Origin: the human T2T-CHM13v2.0 reference genome, Homo sapiens
Direction: 5' to 3' (one strand)
Assembly (NCBI RefSeq): GCF_009914755.1
Contig: NC_060925.1
DNA: 64,000 nucleotides
Numbering within the stretch: position 1 is the first letter of the stretch; every line of letters begins with the position of its first letter. Positions 15,392-38,990 of this stretch are shown here, one piece after another. The translations under genes and the position numbers were made by a program. Below the pieces are notes generated by a model that saw only the letters and a program-made list of their open reading frames with translations, searched no databases and was not told the origin of the DNA.

Positions 15392-16590
15392 TGAATAAAT
15401 TTGGTTAAAGGGTAGGCTGCCAGCCTACTGCCTCTAGACTAAACCATATTTGCCTTAGTCTCTACCTACAGCCCTTTTCTGAAAACACTTCTAGTCCCAT
15501 GAGCCTTGCCATAGTCAGTGTTCAAGTCATCTCTTTCACTTTTAAAAATCTCATCTAGAGACAAACAGAATAAAGCTGACATGGCCGACCCAAAACTAAA
15601 CCCACTTGGTAGAAGCTTAGATTAATACTAGTACAGAGTTATTTATCTAGAAGTGCTCAATAAACTAGCAAGTGTAAGAGATTCAAACTAGGATTTACAA
15701 GGCAAATGACTGAAAGCATATACTCTATTATCACAGGATCACCAGATAGTGCAAAAGATTAATACAGTTTCTTTTCAACTTAGGTAGCCAGATAGTATAC
15801 TTGAATAGGAGGGAAAGCAAAACAGCTAAGCAGAGTGAATTTAGCAGAACTTTGTCTCTCCCCTTTGTATTAGCTAAACAGCAGTCTCATTTAAAGGGAG
15901 ATCCAGGGAGACAACAGCAAGGGAATGTAGGTCAAAACTAAAGTGGCTGGAAGTAATATGGATTAAAAATCTCAATTCTTAGAAGATTAAATTTAAAAAT
16001 AAATACCAACAACAAGTAGAATCATCAGGACTGAACATTTTATTTGGCCATGGAGACTCCCCATTAATTCATATTAATTTAAGTTAAAATTTTTACAAAA
16101 AAAACTTTCTCTATGGCTACTGTTACAAAAGGCTATGTCTCCACTAAAAAGAGTGGGAATGAAACTTTCATTTGCTTTTCCACCCAGAGTCCACCACTCC
16201 CCCTTTTTATGCCCCTATTTTACCAAGTTTTATATTTATATATTATTCTATTTAGTTTGATGTCTTTTGTTTACGTAAATGATTTCCAATATTGACTGTG
16301 CATAAGAATAATGTATAGATACTTAAAGAAAACCAAGCCCCAACATCCCACTTAGATCTATTTAATCAGAAATTTTGGGACAGGACCCAGAATATGCATT
16401 TTAAAAAAGATTCATAGATGACTGTAATAAGCCACCAGGACTGACAATCATTAGGAGCTCTTTGAAGATGGAAACGTCTTTGTAATCCCAGATTTGCAAC
16501 AGTGCCTGGCATAGAAATCACTTATTAAAACATCTAATAAAATAATATACAAATATAATTATACCTCTTACATTTAAAATAGTTTACTAC

Positions 16591-16646
16591 CTGCTGAGTG
16601 AGAATCATCCTTCTTGGTCTTCACATCTTTGTCTTCTGAGTCCTCA
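16591..16646 (-). CDS. NUCKS1: NUCKS1 exon 4 (56 nt; EDSEDKDVKTKKDDSHSA)
   Basis: tttatag|TGAGGAC...TCAGCAG|gtagta; the same peptide appears in track ORF 16574..16768. Confidence 0.95.
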
Positions 16647-16943
16647 CTATAAAGGGAGGCAAAAAAGCAAATGCATAAAAGTCTTAGCTCAAAATCTAAG
16701 TGAACATAGATCTCTGATTTCTGACTTGAGAAGAAGTGAAAAATACCTCTTCTATATAAAATCTTCAAACAAATGCTAAGGAGTACTTTATTTCCTTATT
16801 TACAGGGATGCTGGTGAATAAGCACAATTTTATTTACGTTACAAAACACTGCTTCCAAAGACTCAAAGGAAAAAAAGAAGCTGTCTCAACACAGGCTGGA
16901 ATTTTTTCACCTATGGATAAAGCTTGGTTCACAAGAATATTTA

Positions 16944-17390
<447 letters not shown>

Positions 17391-17589
17391 TTATCTTACC
17401 TAACTTATAATATGCCTAAAAATTTACCTAGAACAAAATGGAAAATAAATTGATTGAATTATCCCCTATTAATATTTCCTTCCAATATTTCTTTGCATCA
17501 GAAACATCAACATATAGTCCTGCCTGGTGGTACCATGAAGAAAATAAAATGAGCTCAAAATCACTCCACAAAGTAAAATAAGAAGTTAA

Positions 17590-17931
<342 letters not shown>

Positions 17932-18584
17932 TGAAAAATTCTGAAGAACAAAAACCAAAAACTCGCACATAAAAACTGCCTTCAAAGCTTTCCTTTCTCA
18001 AATAGCAGGTCTTATAAATCACTTTTGGTATTCTCCATAATCTAGACCACACTCAAATGAGAAATTACTGAACCCATGATTCCTAAGCAAAGAGAATGAC
18101 CAAACATATTCCTTTACTAAGCAACCTGAGTCCAAGACACTTTATAATTCTGAAACCTGTGACTGTTCTGTATAAATGTTTTTTATGCAAAATAAGCACC
18201 AAATTCATAATTCTAACACAATGATGAATTATATTATTTTTTCCAGCTCTTTTATCAAGTTTATAGACTACATTAATCTTTAAGTACCACTACAGCAAAG
18301 TTAAGTGAAGGCTGAACTTTGAAAACAGAAAAATCAACAGAGCACTGGTCTGAGAATAAATACACAAGGCATACAGATAGCAATAAAACCTGTATTTATT
18401 TCAATCCTTCCAGCACTCAGAATAATAAAATCAAATGACTGCAACAAGAAAAACTGTAAGCTAGATGTTAATTATGTCAATGAGACATTATAACATGCCA
18501 CAAAGCAGGTCTTTCCTAGGAGAAATAAGATAATGAATATAATGAAAAATAGTTCTGAGTTGGGCTGCCATCTAAAACTGTTTG

Positions 18585-19035
<451 letters not shown>

Positions 19036-19634
19036 ACTATGTTAGACATATACCAAGAAGCTCTAGAAGACTTGTTTCCCAACAGTATAATTCTGTATTA
19101 TTTTTCCTTAAAAGCACACTTCTGAAATGCTCCAGCAAAAAAAGTATTAGAGGTTGTCAACATAAATAAAACTACTAGGTAAATACATGAATTTAATAAT
19201 GATTTTGGTGCTCCAAGATTCTTAGAAGAAGTAGTGAGAAATATTTCATTTATTTGAACTGCTCATTTGTAATAGTATTATTTGGAAGTGGTATAGAGCT
19301 CCAATGGTTAAACAATGTACTTTGGAGTCCAACAGACATGGTTTCATAACCTGTTTGTCCATTTGCTGGATAACTTTGGTTAAATCACAGAACCCCTCTA
19401 AGAAGTTAATATTTACCCAAATAGAGATGATGTAAGAATTAAATGATAGTGTACGTAAAACACATAATAGAGATTGTCACATAATAAACAGTAGCCATCA
19501 CCATCACTATAATCACCATTATCACCAAGAAGGTCTTGTTACACCAAGTGTAACAAGTTCATGTTACATCAAGTGTGAGAGTGTGTATAACTTTACTAAC
19601 AAGGCAGAAATTACAATATCCTCGTCTTGTTGTT

Positions 19635-19925
19635 GTTTTTTTTTCCCAAGACAGTCCTGGCTCTGTCACCTAGGCTGGAGTGCAGTGGTGCAATCATAGC
19701 TCACTGCAGCCTTGAACTCCTGGGCTCAAAGGATCCTCCTGCCTCGGACTCCTGAGTAGCTGGGACTACAGGCAAGTGCCACCATTCCCGGCCAATTTTT
19801 AAATTTTTATGTAGAGATGTGGTCTCCTTATATTGCCCAGGCTGGTCTCAAACTCCCGGGCTCAAGCGATCCTCCTACCTAGGCCTCCCAAAGTCCTGGG
19901 ATTACAAGCATGAGCCACCATGTAC
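19635..19925 (-). mobile_element. AluJ
   Basis: Alu consensus. Confidence 0.85.
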
Positions 19926-20364
19926 TCCTAATATCCTGGTCTTATGAGGCAAAATTATAGTTAAAATCACAACTCATTTGTAAAACTAAGGGAAAAGAAA
20001 CTCTCCAAAATGGTTAAATTATTTAAACAAAGGAGAATTGATTATGAGACAGCAAAATGCAGCAGGCTATACAACTTAAGATTCTACAAGCTTTAGTTGT
20101 AATTAATTGTGCCAGTGATTTGTGACTGAATGAGATATATCACTTATTTTTTGTTATCACTACAATGAAAGTGTCAGTATTAACCTTAGATAACAAATTG
20201 TATACTCAAGCACAGCCTGAGATAATATGAAATATGCAAAATATTAAGTGGACAGTAAGTACTTTTCAAAAGTATATGAGATTCCAACAATTTAGAGATC
20301 AGAGACTGCTCTCATCTCAGAGTGGTAACAGTGTAAGCAGGAACAGAAAAACAATGCCTCTTAC

Positions 20365-20470
20365 CTATCTTCCTGTGAATTCTTTCCAGATCGCCTCTTA
20401 TTTTTAGCTTCTCGGGGAGATGATCGAATTTTCTTAGTGGGAGGGCCCGAATCTCTTCCATAATCTTCAT
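20365..20470 (-). CDS. NUCKS1: NUCKS1 exon 3 (106 nt; [36 protein letters not shown])
   Basis: tttag|ATGAAGAT...GAAGATAG|gtaaga; frame maintained. Confidence 0.96.
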
Positions 20471-20978
20471 CTAAACAGTGTTTTTCAAACTTAATTAACT
20501 ATGATTTTTACATGTTAAAATCACCACTATATTTACTGACATAATTATCTCTCATGCTGTTTAAATGGTGAGAGGAGCAGGATTTCCCAAATAGTTTCTT
20601 TCATCTTTAAAAAACTAAATTATTTCCCAACGCAGTCCTATCACCTTCACTTCGTTTTTGCATATTACCCTCTAGTCCTTATGATATATATTTCATCTTT
20701 CTATAGCTAAACCTCTCTCATCATTTTATACCCTCCCCTTTTGATTTCAACATCTTCACACTTATTTGAAAATTATTGTAATATGGTTATATTACAAACA
20801 TTTTAGGAAGTAAACACAATTACTATTACTAAGCAAATTACTTTTAAACTAAAGCATTAAATACAACATAATCTTGCACTTGAAGAAAATATCTCCAATT
20901 TCAAAAGCCCTATAAAACTAAGGAAAATGACTCTACCTTAAAAGGAAATTATTTCCAAAACTGTTTACTGCACCATTT

Positions 20979-21010
20979 GCACACACACACATGCACACAC
21001 ACACACACAC
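20979..21010 (+). repeat. (CA)n microsatellite
   Basis: Direct observation. Confidence 0.9.
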
Positions 21011-21616
21011 GATGGCGAGATGCTGGAAGTAGTCTGGAGCGTCAGCAATTATTAAGTGGTCAGAAACATTATAAATTCCATTATGGGATATTATATAACC
21101 ATTGATAGGAATTTTTCAAATACCTTTTATTAACAAGATACTCAAAATAGAAATAATAATAGTATATCACACATTAACAGATTATTCTAAGTAAATATTA
21201 AATACAAACATTTGAAACAATTCCTGACATGTAGCAAGCATTTAATAAATATTAGTGCTACATATTATTTTTTTTCTCTTCTTCATATCTTTCAGTATTT
21301 TCTAAGTCTTCCCAAAGGGCACATATTATCTTTATAAAGAAAAGTTAGAATAAAAAGAAAGAAAAAAGAATAGTAAACATATCTGGAAAGTAATGAGATT
21401 AAGGAGACAACTCTGAAAAAACCTCTTATGGCTAAGACTTAGCTATACAACACTCATTCCTTGATGAATTAGTTCATAAATATAAGTTGTTTCACAAAAC
21501 AGACTCTCATCTTAGTTGCTTTATTATGTAAAAACATAATACAAGGCACAAGTTTTATTGTAATAACAGCAGGAGATTTTTTTTCCCCTGCAAAGTGCTG
21601 GGATTCATAGGCGTGA

Positions 21617-22042
<426 letters not shown>

Positions 22043-22236
22043 TGATTTACCAAGGAAAAGTTAAAATCCATGTAAGTTCAACTTTTGCTTTGGTTGACAC
22101 AGATCATGACATGGTTTTGGTAAATGATCTAAAAATAAAAAAGTAAAACTTATTCCAAAAGCATAATAAAACTATATAAGCTGGTAACCTCCACTGGTCA
22201 GTCCAACTTAAAATTTGTTGAAACCACAAAACTTAC

Positions 22237-22286
22237 CTGCATCATCAGATTCCTGAAACTGTGAGTAATCAACAACCTTCCTATTT
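22237..22286 (-). CDS. NUCKS1: NUCKS1 exon 2 (50 nt; NRKVVDYSQFQESDDA)
   Basis: ctttctacag|AAATAGG...GATGCAG|gtaagt; in frame with exon 1. Confidence 0.96.
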
Positions 22287-22405
22287 CTGTAGAAAGAAGA
22301 GACTCTAATTAAAATCATAAAACTGTAGGATTTTTCTAAGACATCAGAACACACATTTCTCTTTCATAAACAGAACTGAACTAGCACTTTGAAAATTATT
22401 TAATT

Positions 22406-23447
<1,042 letters not shown>

Positions 23448-23885
23448 TCAAATACCATTCTTTTCTACAAAACAATCTCCCGTCTCTCAAAACAAATATA
23501 CATAAAACAGCAAAATGAGCCAAATCACCATGTACCTATGTATTCATTATATACAAAGATGCCCTATTTATAAGCTAAAGTTGTAAATGATATTTTACTC
23601 TTACTGCTACACACATATATATGTATACTTGATAAACAAGGTTATTACTAAGCTTTTCAAGGCAAAAGCAATTTTTAGGTATAGTACAGTTACATTATAA
23701 TGCACAAAAATTATGGTAATGTTAAGCTTTATACAGAAGGGGAAGGAAACAAATTAATTGGTCCAGTCAAAAGATGCTTTATTTAAAAAACTATGAAAGC
23801 CTCACAGATTTATGTACATCTATGTATTTGACTCTATTCTTTTGTTTCTAAACTTTTTTTTTCCTTTTCCAATTTTACAGACCTG

Positions 23886-24017
23886 GTTTATCAGCAACAT
23901 TTATAAAACTAGACCTCAGGAAAGAACTAGTTCTGGGGATATATGCATGGTCTTAATAAAGTGAATGGTTAGCCTGTCCTGACTATTACAAAATCAAAAC
24001 AGTGAGAATATCTGCAG
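23886..24017 (-). ncRNA. SNORA72: SNORA72-like H/ACA snoRNA retrocopy in NUCKS1 intron 1 (sense)
   Basis: Minus strand CTGCAGATATTCTCACTGTTTTGATTTTGTAATAGTCAGGACAGGCTAACC...AGACCA...GATAAAC matches recalled SNORA72. A-rich tail near 23838-23868; TSD tatttgactcta at 23825-36 and 24022-33. Confidence 0.85.
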
Positions 24018-24274
24018 AATCTATTTGACTCTAAATGACTTTAAGTACTCCCTATCAAGTAACGTATCTTTAACATCTCAAACAAATCTTCATTTCTATT
24101 TTTGTACTCTGCACTCTAAATCTAAAAGTTTAATACTTCTTCTCTAGAGATATACATGTAAGCTTCCATGTTAGTACCCAAACAGCCTACCTGGCAAAAG
24201 AGCCTTAGATTAAAAAATGCACTGTTACTGTAGGCCTAAATTGATCAAGTGAACTTAAAAAATTAAGAGAAATA

Positions 24275-24576
24275 GGCCAGGCGCAGTGGCTCACGCCTGT
24301 AATTTCACCACTTTGGGAGGCCGAGGCGGGCAGATCACGAGGTCAGGAGATTGAGACCATCCTGGCCAACGTGGTGAAACCCCGTCTCCACTAAAAATAC
24401 TAAAAAATTAGCTGGGTGTGGTGGCGGGCGCCTGTAGTCCCAGCTACTCGGGAGGCTGAGGCAGGAGAATGGCTTGAACCCGGGAGGCAGAGCTCGCAGT
24501 GAGTGAGCCAACATCACGCCACTGCACTCCAGCCTGGGCGAAAGAGAGAGACTCCGTCTCAAAAAAAAAAAAAAAA
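24275..24576 (+). mobile_element. AluSc/Y-like
   Basis: gatcacgaggtcaggagattgagaccatcctggcc; A tail. Confidence 0.9.
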
Positions 24577-24964
24577 TTTAAGATAAATATACATTACCAC
24601 CTATACTTAAACCTGAGCAGAGGGATATTCTTGGCTGTATAGATTAAGACACCATTTAAATTCAAAGACAGGATGGTCAGACTGCAAACACTGGTCCACC
24701 TTCTAGTATAGTATGTGGAGATGGTATGGATGGAGGTGAATTCTGGAAAAAAAGGCTTGGGCTTATATGTAGAGGAATATATAGTTACATACTCAGCATT
24801 AGAAAGAGAAAAAACAAGGCTCTTAAGGAGTTCCACCTTCTGTTTTTCTTTAGTTTAACAAAACTATAAAATATACTCCAACTATATATTTTATTGTAAG
24901 AAGCTGAGTTTATATTACCAAAGATACTATATTATTAGGAAAGCTAACTTTAAATATGACTATT

Positions 24965-25515
<551 letters not shown>

Positions 25516-26569
25516 AAAATATATTTTCTTTCTTAAAAATATGACTATGAAAAAATCTAATATTTTTGGGCTACTATGGAAATGCCTGCCATGTTCTGGC
25601 AAAACAGTGATTTTTTAATGACAAATGCCATGAAAAATAGTATGATGATCATAATGCAAACACGACCATTTTCTGTATTATTTAGGATAAAAAAAATGGG
25701 TCATAGAACCAGGGGAAGAAAGGTATCTAGAAGAGGAACTCTTACATCTTATCCTCTAATAATTAAAATACAGGTTCCGAACTTGTAGGTATAATTCTAG
25801 CTTATCCCATGCTTGTGGGGTGGCAACTAACATATTATTACCCCATTTCTGGGTACGACGTAGCAATGGATATATCCTATGAAACTACATAAGGATGGAC
25901 AACCAGAATGGTAAACGGTATATCATATGAAGAACAAATGAATAAATTGAGAATATTTAACTTGTAAAATGGGAAAACATGTTAGCTACTTTAGGGCTTT
26001 GATGTGAAAGGAGTAGTAGAGGTACAGCTTAGCTTTAGCAATCACATTAAGTGTAGGTTCAACATAAAGAGCTTTAACTGTCTGCTAACAATGGCTACTT
26101 CCTTACTCTATCACTAGAAACACTCAAGAAAGGAATTAGTATGGACTCTTTGTACTAGGAATCCTGGGTTCTGGTTCTAGAATGTCAAGAAAATCATGTA
26201 ATTTCTCTGGGCCTTAGTTCTTCCTCTGTTGGAACTGATAACCTAAATTGCTTGACAGATCTAAAAGATATTCTATAAAATTAAATGTTTAAATAATAAA
26301 TTAAATAATAAATAAAATATTTAATAAATAACATAAATGGCAGGCATTATATTAAAATATAATATAGAAAATGGTCACTGCAAATGATCATATTGCATTA
26401 TGATCACAATACTGTTTTTCATGGCATTTGTCATTAAAAATTAACTGCCCTCCACAACAGAAGAAAACTTAATCTCCTCCTCCTTCCCTGTATATCTATC
26501 TGTATCTATCTAGACAGACCTACCTACCTATCTTCCATCTGTCCGTCCACCCATCCATCCATCCAACAA

Positions 26570-27630
<1,061 letters not shown>

Positions 27631-27830
27631 TCAAAATAATATAAATAACATACTATTTCCACCACTTAAAGGCTTGCTTTGTCTGGGGTTGAAATACATT
27701 TTTGATGAATTTGTTCCTAATGAGATGATAGGACAGAAATCCAGCATTTAAGAATTTCATTTAAGTCCCAGGGCATGAGAGGTTCTATTTCTAGGTGAAA
27801 ACAAAGAAACATTCTAATTTCTTCAAAATA

Positions 27831-28136
27831 CAATCATGTGCTGCATGACATTATGGTGAACTGCATACATGACAATGGTCTCACAAGATTATTATAGCAT
27901 ATTTTTACTGTACTTTTTCTATGTTTAGATATATAAATACCTACCATTGTGTTACAATTGCTTACAGTATTCAGTACAGTAACATGCTATACATGTTTGT
28001 AGTCTAGGAGCAATAGGCTATACCATACAGCCTAGGTGTGCAGGAGACTACACCATCTGGTTTTGTGGAAATACATGCAAATCACCTAAAAATGCAGTTC
28101 TCAGAATGTATCCCTGGTGCTATGTGACACATGATA
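27831..28136 (+). mobile_element. Tigger3a/MER7-type DNA transposon
   Basis: cagtattcagtacagtaacatgc...taggagcaataggctataccatacagcctaggtgtg matches the recalled consensus; degenerate TIRs. Confidence 0.8.
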
Positions 28137-28625
28137 GTTAAATGCCAAAGCTAAACTAACTCTTCAATGTAAAATGAGTATCAATAACTAGAACTGGAGG
28201 ACAGCATAAAATTTCAATATAGCAGAGAGGTTAAAAACACAGATTCTTGAATTTACGTCCTGACTCTTACTAGTTGTATATCCTCAAGCAAGTTACTTCC
28301 CCTGACTGAACTTCAGTCTCATCATCTGTAAAACAGGAATAACAATACCTGTTACAGGAATAACAAGAGTGTTGAGAACATTTCAGAACATTTGTGCAAG
28401 GTATATAAATATCAATAACAGCTATTATTACTTATAAGTATTAACTTGTTCCACCCAGAATACCACTGTAATTTTGAACACATAACTAACTCTTATTTGG
28501 ATATGATGATTAAGTCACTTTGTTGAAAAATATGTAAGTCTTAAAAGTATTGGTTCTAGTATCATTCAGAAAGATTGTCTTTGTTTTCTTGTTCATCTCA
28601 CTAAAATGTAATACCAAAATATCTC

Positions 28626-29533
<908 letters not shown>

Positions 29534-30607
29534 TTAAATAGTTCTTTACAAGGAGATGAATCTGCCTCTAGTGTCCACTCACTGGTTCTATCTAGTTCCA
29601 CCTCCTGGGATTAGCATGGTCTAAATCTAACCCCTCCTCTTCAGAGCATTCCTTAAATTTATATGACTATTCCCACTTTTTCTCTGAAGCTAAATACTAG
29701 GGCTCCTTTTTAACACTTCCTCATATTTCAAGTACTCGCTTCATGCTCTAGCTGCTTTCCTCCATACCACCTTGGATTTAGTAAATACTAAAGCAGCACC
29801 CAGGATGAAACATAATATGATTATAAAAAGATGGGGAATGGGGAGCAAATCAGGATTATGACCCTCCTCTTCCTATTCTACTCTATACTTCAATGCAATC
29901 CAAGATTTCAGTTCCCTTTTGGACTGTTCCATCATTCAGTGGACTATATATTGTAATTCCAATGACTAAAACCTCCTTTTCCATAATCTAAGACCGTTTG
30001 GTATCCTGATCCTGCCATTTCAGCATATTATTTATCTTCCCCAACTTCTTAACATCTGCAAATTTAATCAGCACACCATCAGTGTCCTCATCTATATCAT
30101 TAATTAGAAGATATGCCAAGAACAGAATCCTTTCAGGCAACAGTGCAAACAGTCTTCCAGGGTAACAATCTATTTATTTGTCAGCCCTCTCCGGGTAAGG
30201 CTGCTCAGGCAAAGTCCCTCACACTGAGCTATCATTCTGCCTGTATTTCTCCATCTTACAAGGACCTATGTGAAGCTGTCAAAATCCTTGTTGAAATAAA
30301 ACCTCGGTATTTTCACAGAATTCTTTTGCTCTAATAAATTTTTAAAAAAGGAAATTAGTTCATTTAAATCAGTGACAGTTAAACTTTTTAGCAGTAAACA
30401 CTTTTTGTTCAAATAAAATCTTCCCAGGAATCATAAAATTAAACACAGCTAATCAAAAGTATTTTAAAAGTATACATTTGTCTTATAGTATCGTATTTTA
30501 AAAATTATCTCATTACAGAATTGTCCAACCTGTGTTGTCAAAATAGGTTTTCTAAAGATTTACTGGTAATTATCAGTTGGATATTATCAGTATTACCACC
30601 CCAATAA

Positions 30608-33310
<2,703 letters not shown>

Positions 33311-33699
33311 ATATAAAATTCACAACAAAGCCACAAGATATGAGAAAGCAAAAATAAAACCAAAATCCCCAATAGCATTATAGAAAAGAGCTCCTAATTT
33401 TTTCAAATCAGATGTTTCTAATTTCTGCAGAAAACGGAGGTGGGTAAAGGTGTTCTGAATGACTGAGCCAGACACATTTACTAGATCACAATCTCCTACT
33501 AAGTATATATATATATATACTTAGTATGTATATATATATAAAACCAATATATTACCAACTTGTTAATGGTTTAGCCCCATGAACAAGTATTAACTCTTAT
33601 AAGGCACTCCTTATTCCCAGGACTCAAGTTACTTTATTTCACAACTTACCATGTTCAGTTTCACCATATAGGAAAATGTTTTCTTTTAAAGTCACACAC

Positions 33700-34031
<332 letters not shown>

Positions 34032-35220
34032 TCAATGAGCATAAGATAAAGTATTTGATAAATAAAGTCAGCTAGGTTAGATTTTTCCCAGTGGAAGTTT
34101 AGTGTAAAACCTATGCAACTGGGGACAGAGAAACCTCTAATGTGTGAGACTGAAGGGGTCTCAGATGCGAAATTACTGAGTAGAGTCCCATGGTCTTGGA
34201 AACCTCGGTGGTGTCTTCCAAACTGTGTAACTCAATCGCTAGGGACAAACCTGTAGCCTGACAAATTTAGGTTTATTGACTGAATACAATGAAGGACAAG
34301 CACATCAGAGAAGTGTGAAGCATCTCATGTAACAGAAAAAATTACAGAATTTTGGAGAAGGGTAGAACTAAGATAAATGAAGCAGTATCTTGATAGACTA
34401 TAAGCACAGAACTGTGTTAAAGGGATCAATATCAGGTCTGGACTGCAGAGTGGAACTAGGGTCCTATTTCCTGGGAAAGAAGTTAGGGTAGATGCAGAGT
34501 TTTGTGTTTAACAACCCCTTATCCAAAGCTCTGAAGTTGTAAATCAAAGCTAGTTCTCTGTGTCAAAATGACTTAGATCTTCCTGACAAAAGTGTGACGT
34601 TCATTTTTACTCAGAGAATTCCAAACAGTAAAGTTTCTGATAGTCTCTGATTTTATAGAACCAAGTTTCTCTGTAAGAGAGCAGTAGTCACTCAAGGAAG
34701 AGGGGTTGTTAAGAATCTCTAGAGCTGCAGCAAGTCCTTGGAAGACAAGCAGCTGTATGTTATCCCAGTGTAAGAGATAGCAGCACGGACTTTTACTCTT
34801 TCAGTGGAGCTAATATTTAGTTTCTTGAGTAGTTCATTTTCTAAGTCATTTTATTGTGACCTAGAACACTCCAACCAAAGGTAGCTGGAAGGGAAATCTC
34901 CCTGAAGATCGCCTTGCTTAGCACAGAACTGAACAGATACACAATTCAAATAATAGTAACACCTAAGAAGCACCTGAAAACTGCAATACCTAGTTGAAAC
35001 ACTCTTAAGCAGCCTGTGATCTCTTCATCTAAAGTGTTTCAAAGACCTACAATTAAGACCATTTAAATAGTAGTTATTTTAAAACATGGCAATATAACTG
35101 TATAACGATTAGTTTCACTTCCTAGAATCTAGACAGCAATAATTTTTTCCCAACAAAATAAAGGGGCGCCCAGTTTGACCGAAGTGGTCTTGTGCTAAAA
35201 AATAAAAGGTTTCCTCCTGG

Positions 35221-35597
<377 letters not shown>

Positions 35598-36334
35598 TCA
35601 ACAATCCAAAAAGCTACTTCTGAATTTAGAGTAATACGGTCACATTCCTTTTACAGCTAGGAATTGTTTTTAAAATGCAAATTTAACACTTTTCAGCATG
35701 CTCAATACTTTTTAAGTTCAAAGTTTGCAAAGTAACCCATTTGGCCATGCAGACTGTAAGTCATACAACTCTAGAGGGACAACCTTCATGTAGAATGCGT
35801 AGGCGCAGTATCCCAGCGTTACACAGTATGGTGACTGTTACATTTTTGGGAAAAAACAGGCCAAAAAAACCCCAAAAACCAAAAACTTTTATTCAAAATT
35901 AGCTTTCTTTCTTAACTAACGGTGTTTTTTGGGCTGGAGGAAGCCAGTGAGAAAAAGTTTTGAAAATTGTAAAATGCTTTGTGACTGCAAGATACTATTA
36001 CTCCAATGGAGTTCAACATCTCCACTATATAAACCCAGAAGAGGCTGAAATCCGTTTCCTGATACCCAGGGCTTCTTTTGTTGTGCCAGGATTATCTCTC
36101 CCCAATAATTAATCACTAATCGACTTAAAACACTAAAAACTCAACCACTTAACCTATTTGTAACCTCAGTCAAGTTAATCATTTCCTTCTAATTTTAATG
36201 CATTAAGTTTTACAATAGGCGTTAAACCTTTTTCAAATGCAATGGTTTTTCCTTTAGTCTTTTAATACATTGACTCACAGAAAGATTGTTTTGTTCTTGG
36301 GACAAACCCTACTTGATCACATATATTTTTAATA

Positions 36335-36515
36335 CAGTTCTCACTTAACGTCACTGATAGGCTCTTGGAAAGTGGAGCCTTAAGTGAAATGTTGCAGTAG
36401 ACCTTTCTCATCGACCTTGTAACACAACATTATTAAAAAACCTGTTTACTGTATATCATGTTGCTTAAAGTTAGAAGTTTCCAAGAGCCTACTGATGACA
36501 GTGAGTGAGTGTACT
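36335..36515. mobile_element. Tigger/MER47-like non-autonomous DNA transposon
   Basis: Inverted ends taggctcttggaaa / tttccaagagccta; ctcacttaacgtc terminus. Family assignment tentative. Confidence 0.6.
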
Positions 36516-37309
36516 CATTGGTTTCAGTTAGCTAATTGTCTGTTTAGCATTTTTGCATCCATATTTTTATGTAAAATGAGCCCCTCATTCCCTTTTTGTC
36601 CTTTAGGTGGCTTTGGAATCACCTAGTTAAGGGGAAACGCCCTCATATTTTGAAACGTATAAACTTAAAACAATGCCACCTTTTTCTCAGCAAAGGTTCA
36701 CACTAAATACTCCACTGGTTTTTCCTCCTGTCAGGTGTATCTCCCCTTAATCTCTTCACATTTTCTCCTCTTCCTCCCTAGAAAATTAGGCCTCCCCACA
36801 ACAAAAGTTCTATTATGAACTGTAACTTGCTCCAAAGAAGACAAAATGTGCTAACACCGTGACAAAGTGTACCCTGTGACAATGTCACATTGAAAAGATC
36901 ACGAACTGGCTTTGGGTTGTTCACAGTAGGATACAAATTCCTGCTTCATCTCTTAATAGTTAGGTGAACTGTGTAGTTACTTTTTTTATCCTAACCTCAG
37001 GCCTAACATATGAAATGAGGATAACATATGCCTTTAAGAGTTGTGCATGATTTTGAAATATGTATAAAGTACCTGGTGGAATTATTTGGCATCTAAGAGT
37101 TGCTCAGTAATTGCTAATTCTACTAAGTGAGGAAGTGATTTTTTTTCAGCTCATGCTGTTAAATGTCCTCAATCCACCAACCCACAATTTAGAAATCCAA
37201 AAAGTTCTGAAAATTAAGTATTTTCATAACTTACATGGTGGCAAAATATGATGACCTAAATGTGAGGCCTTTCATATCTCAGTGTGAAAATTCCTAAGTT
37301 CACTAGAGT

Positions 37310-38990
<1,681 letters not shown>

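Noticed and set aside
34100-34780. Possible LTR-derived segment
   Set aside because: I could not match it to a family with confidence.
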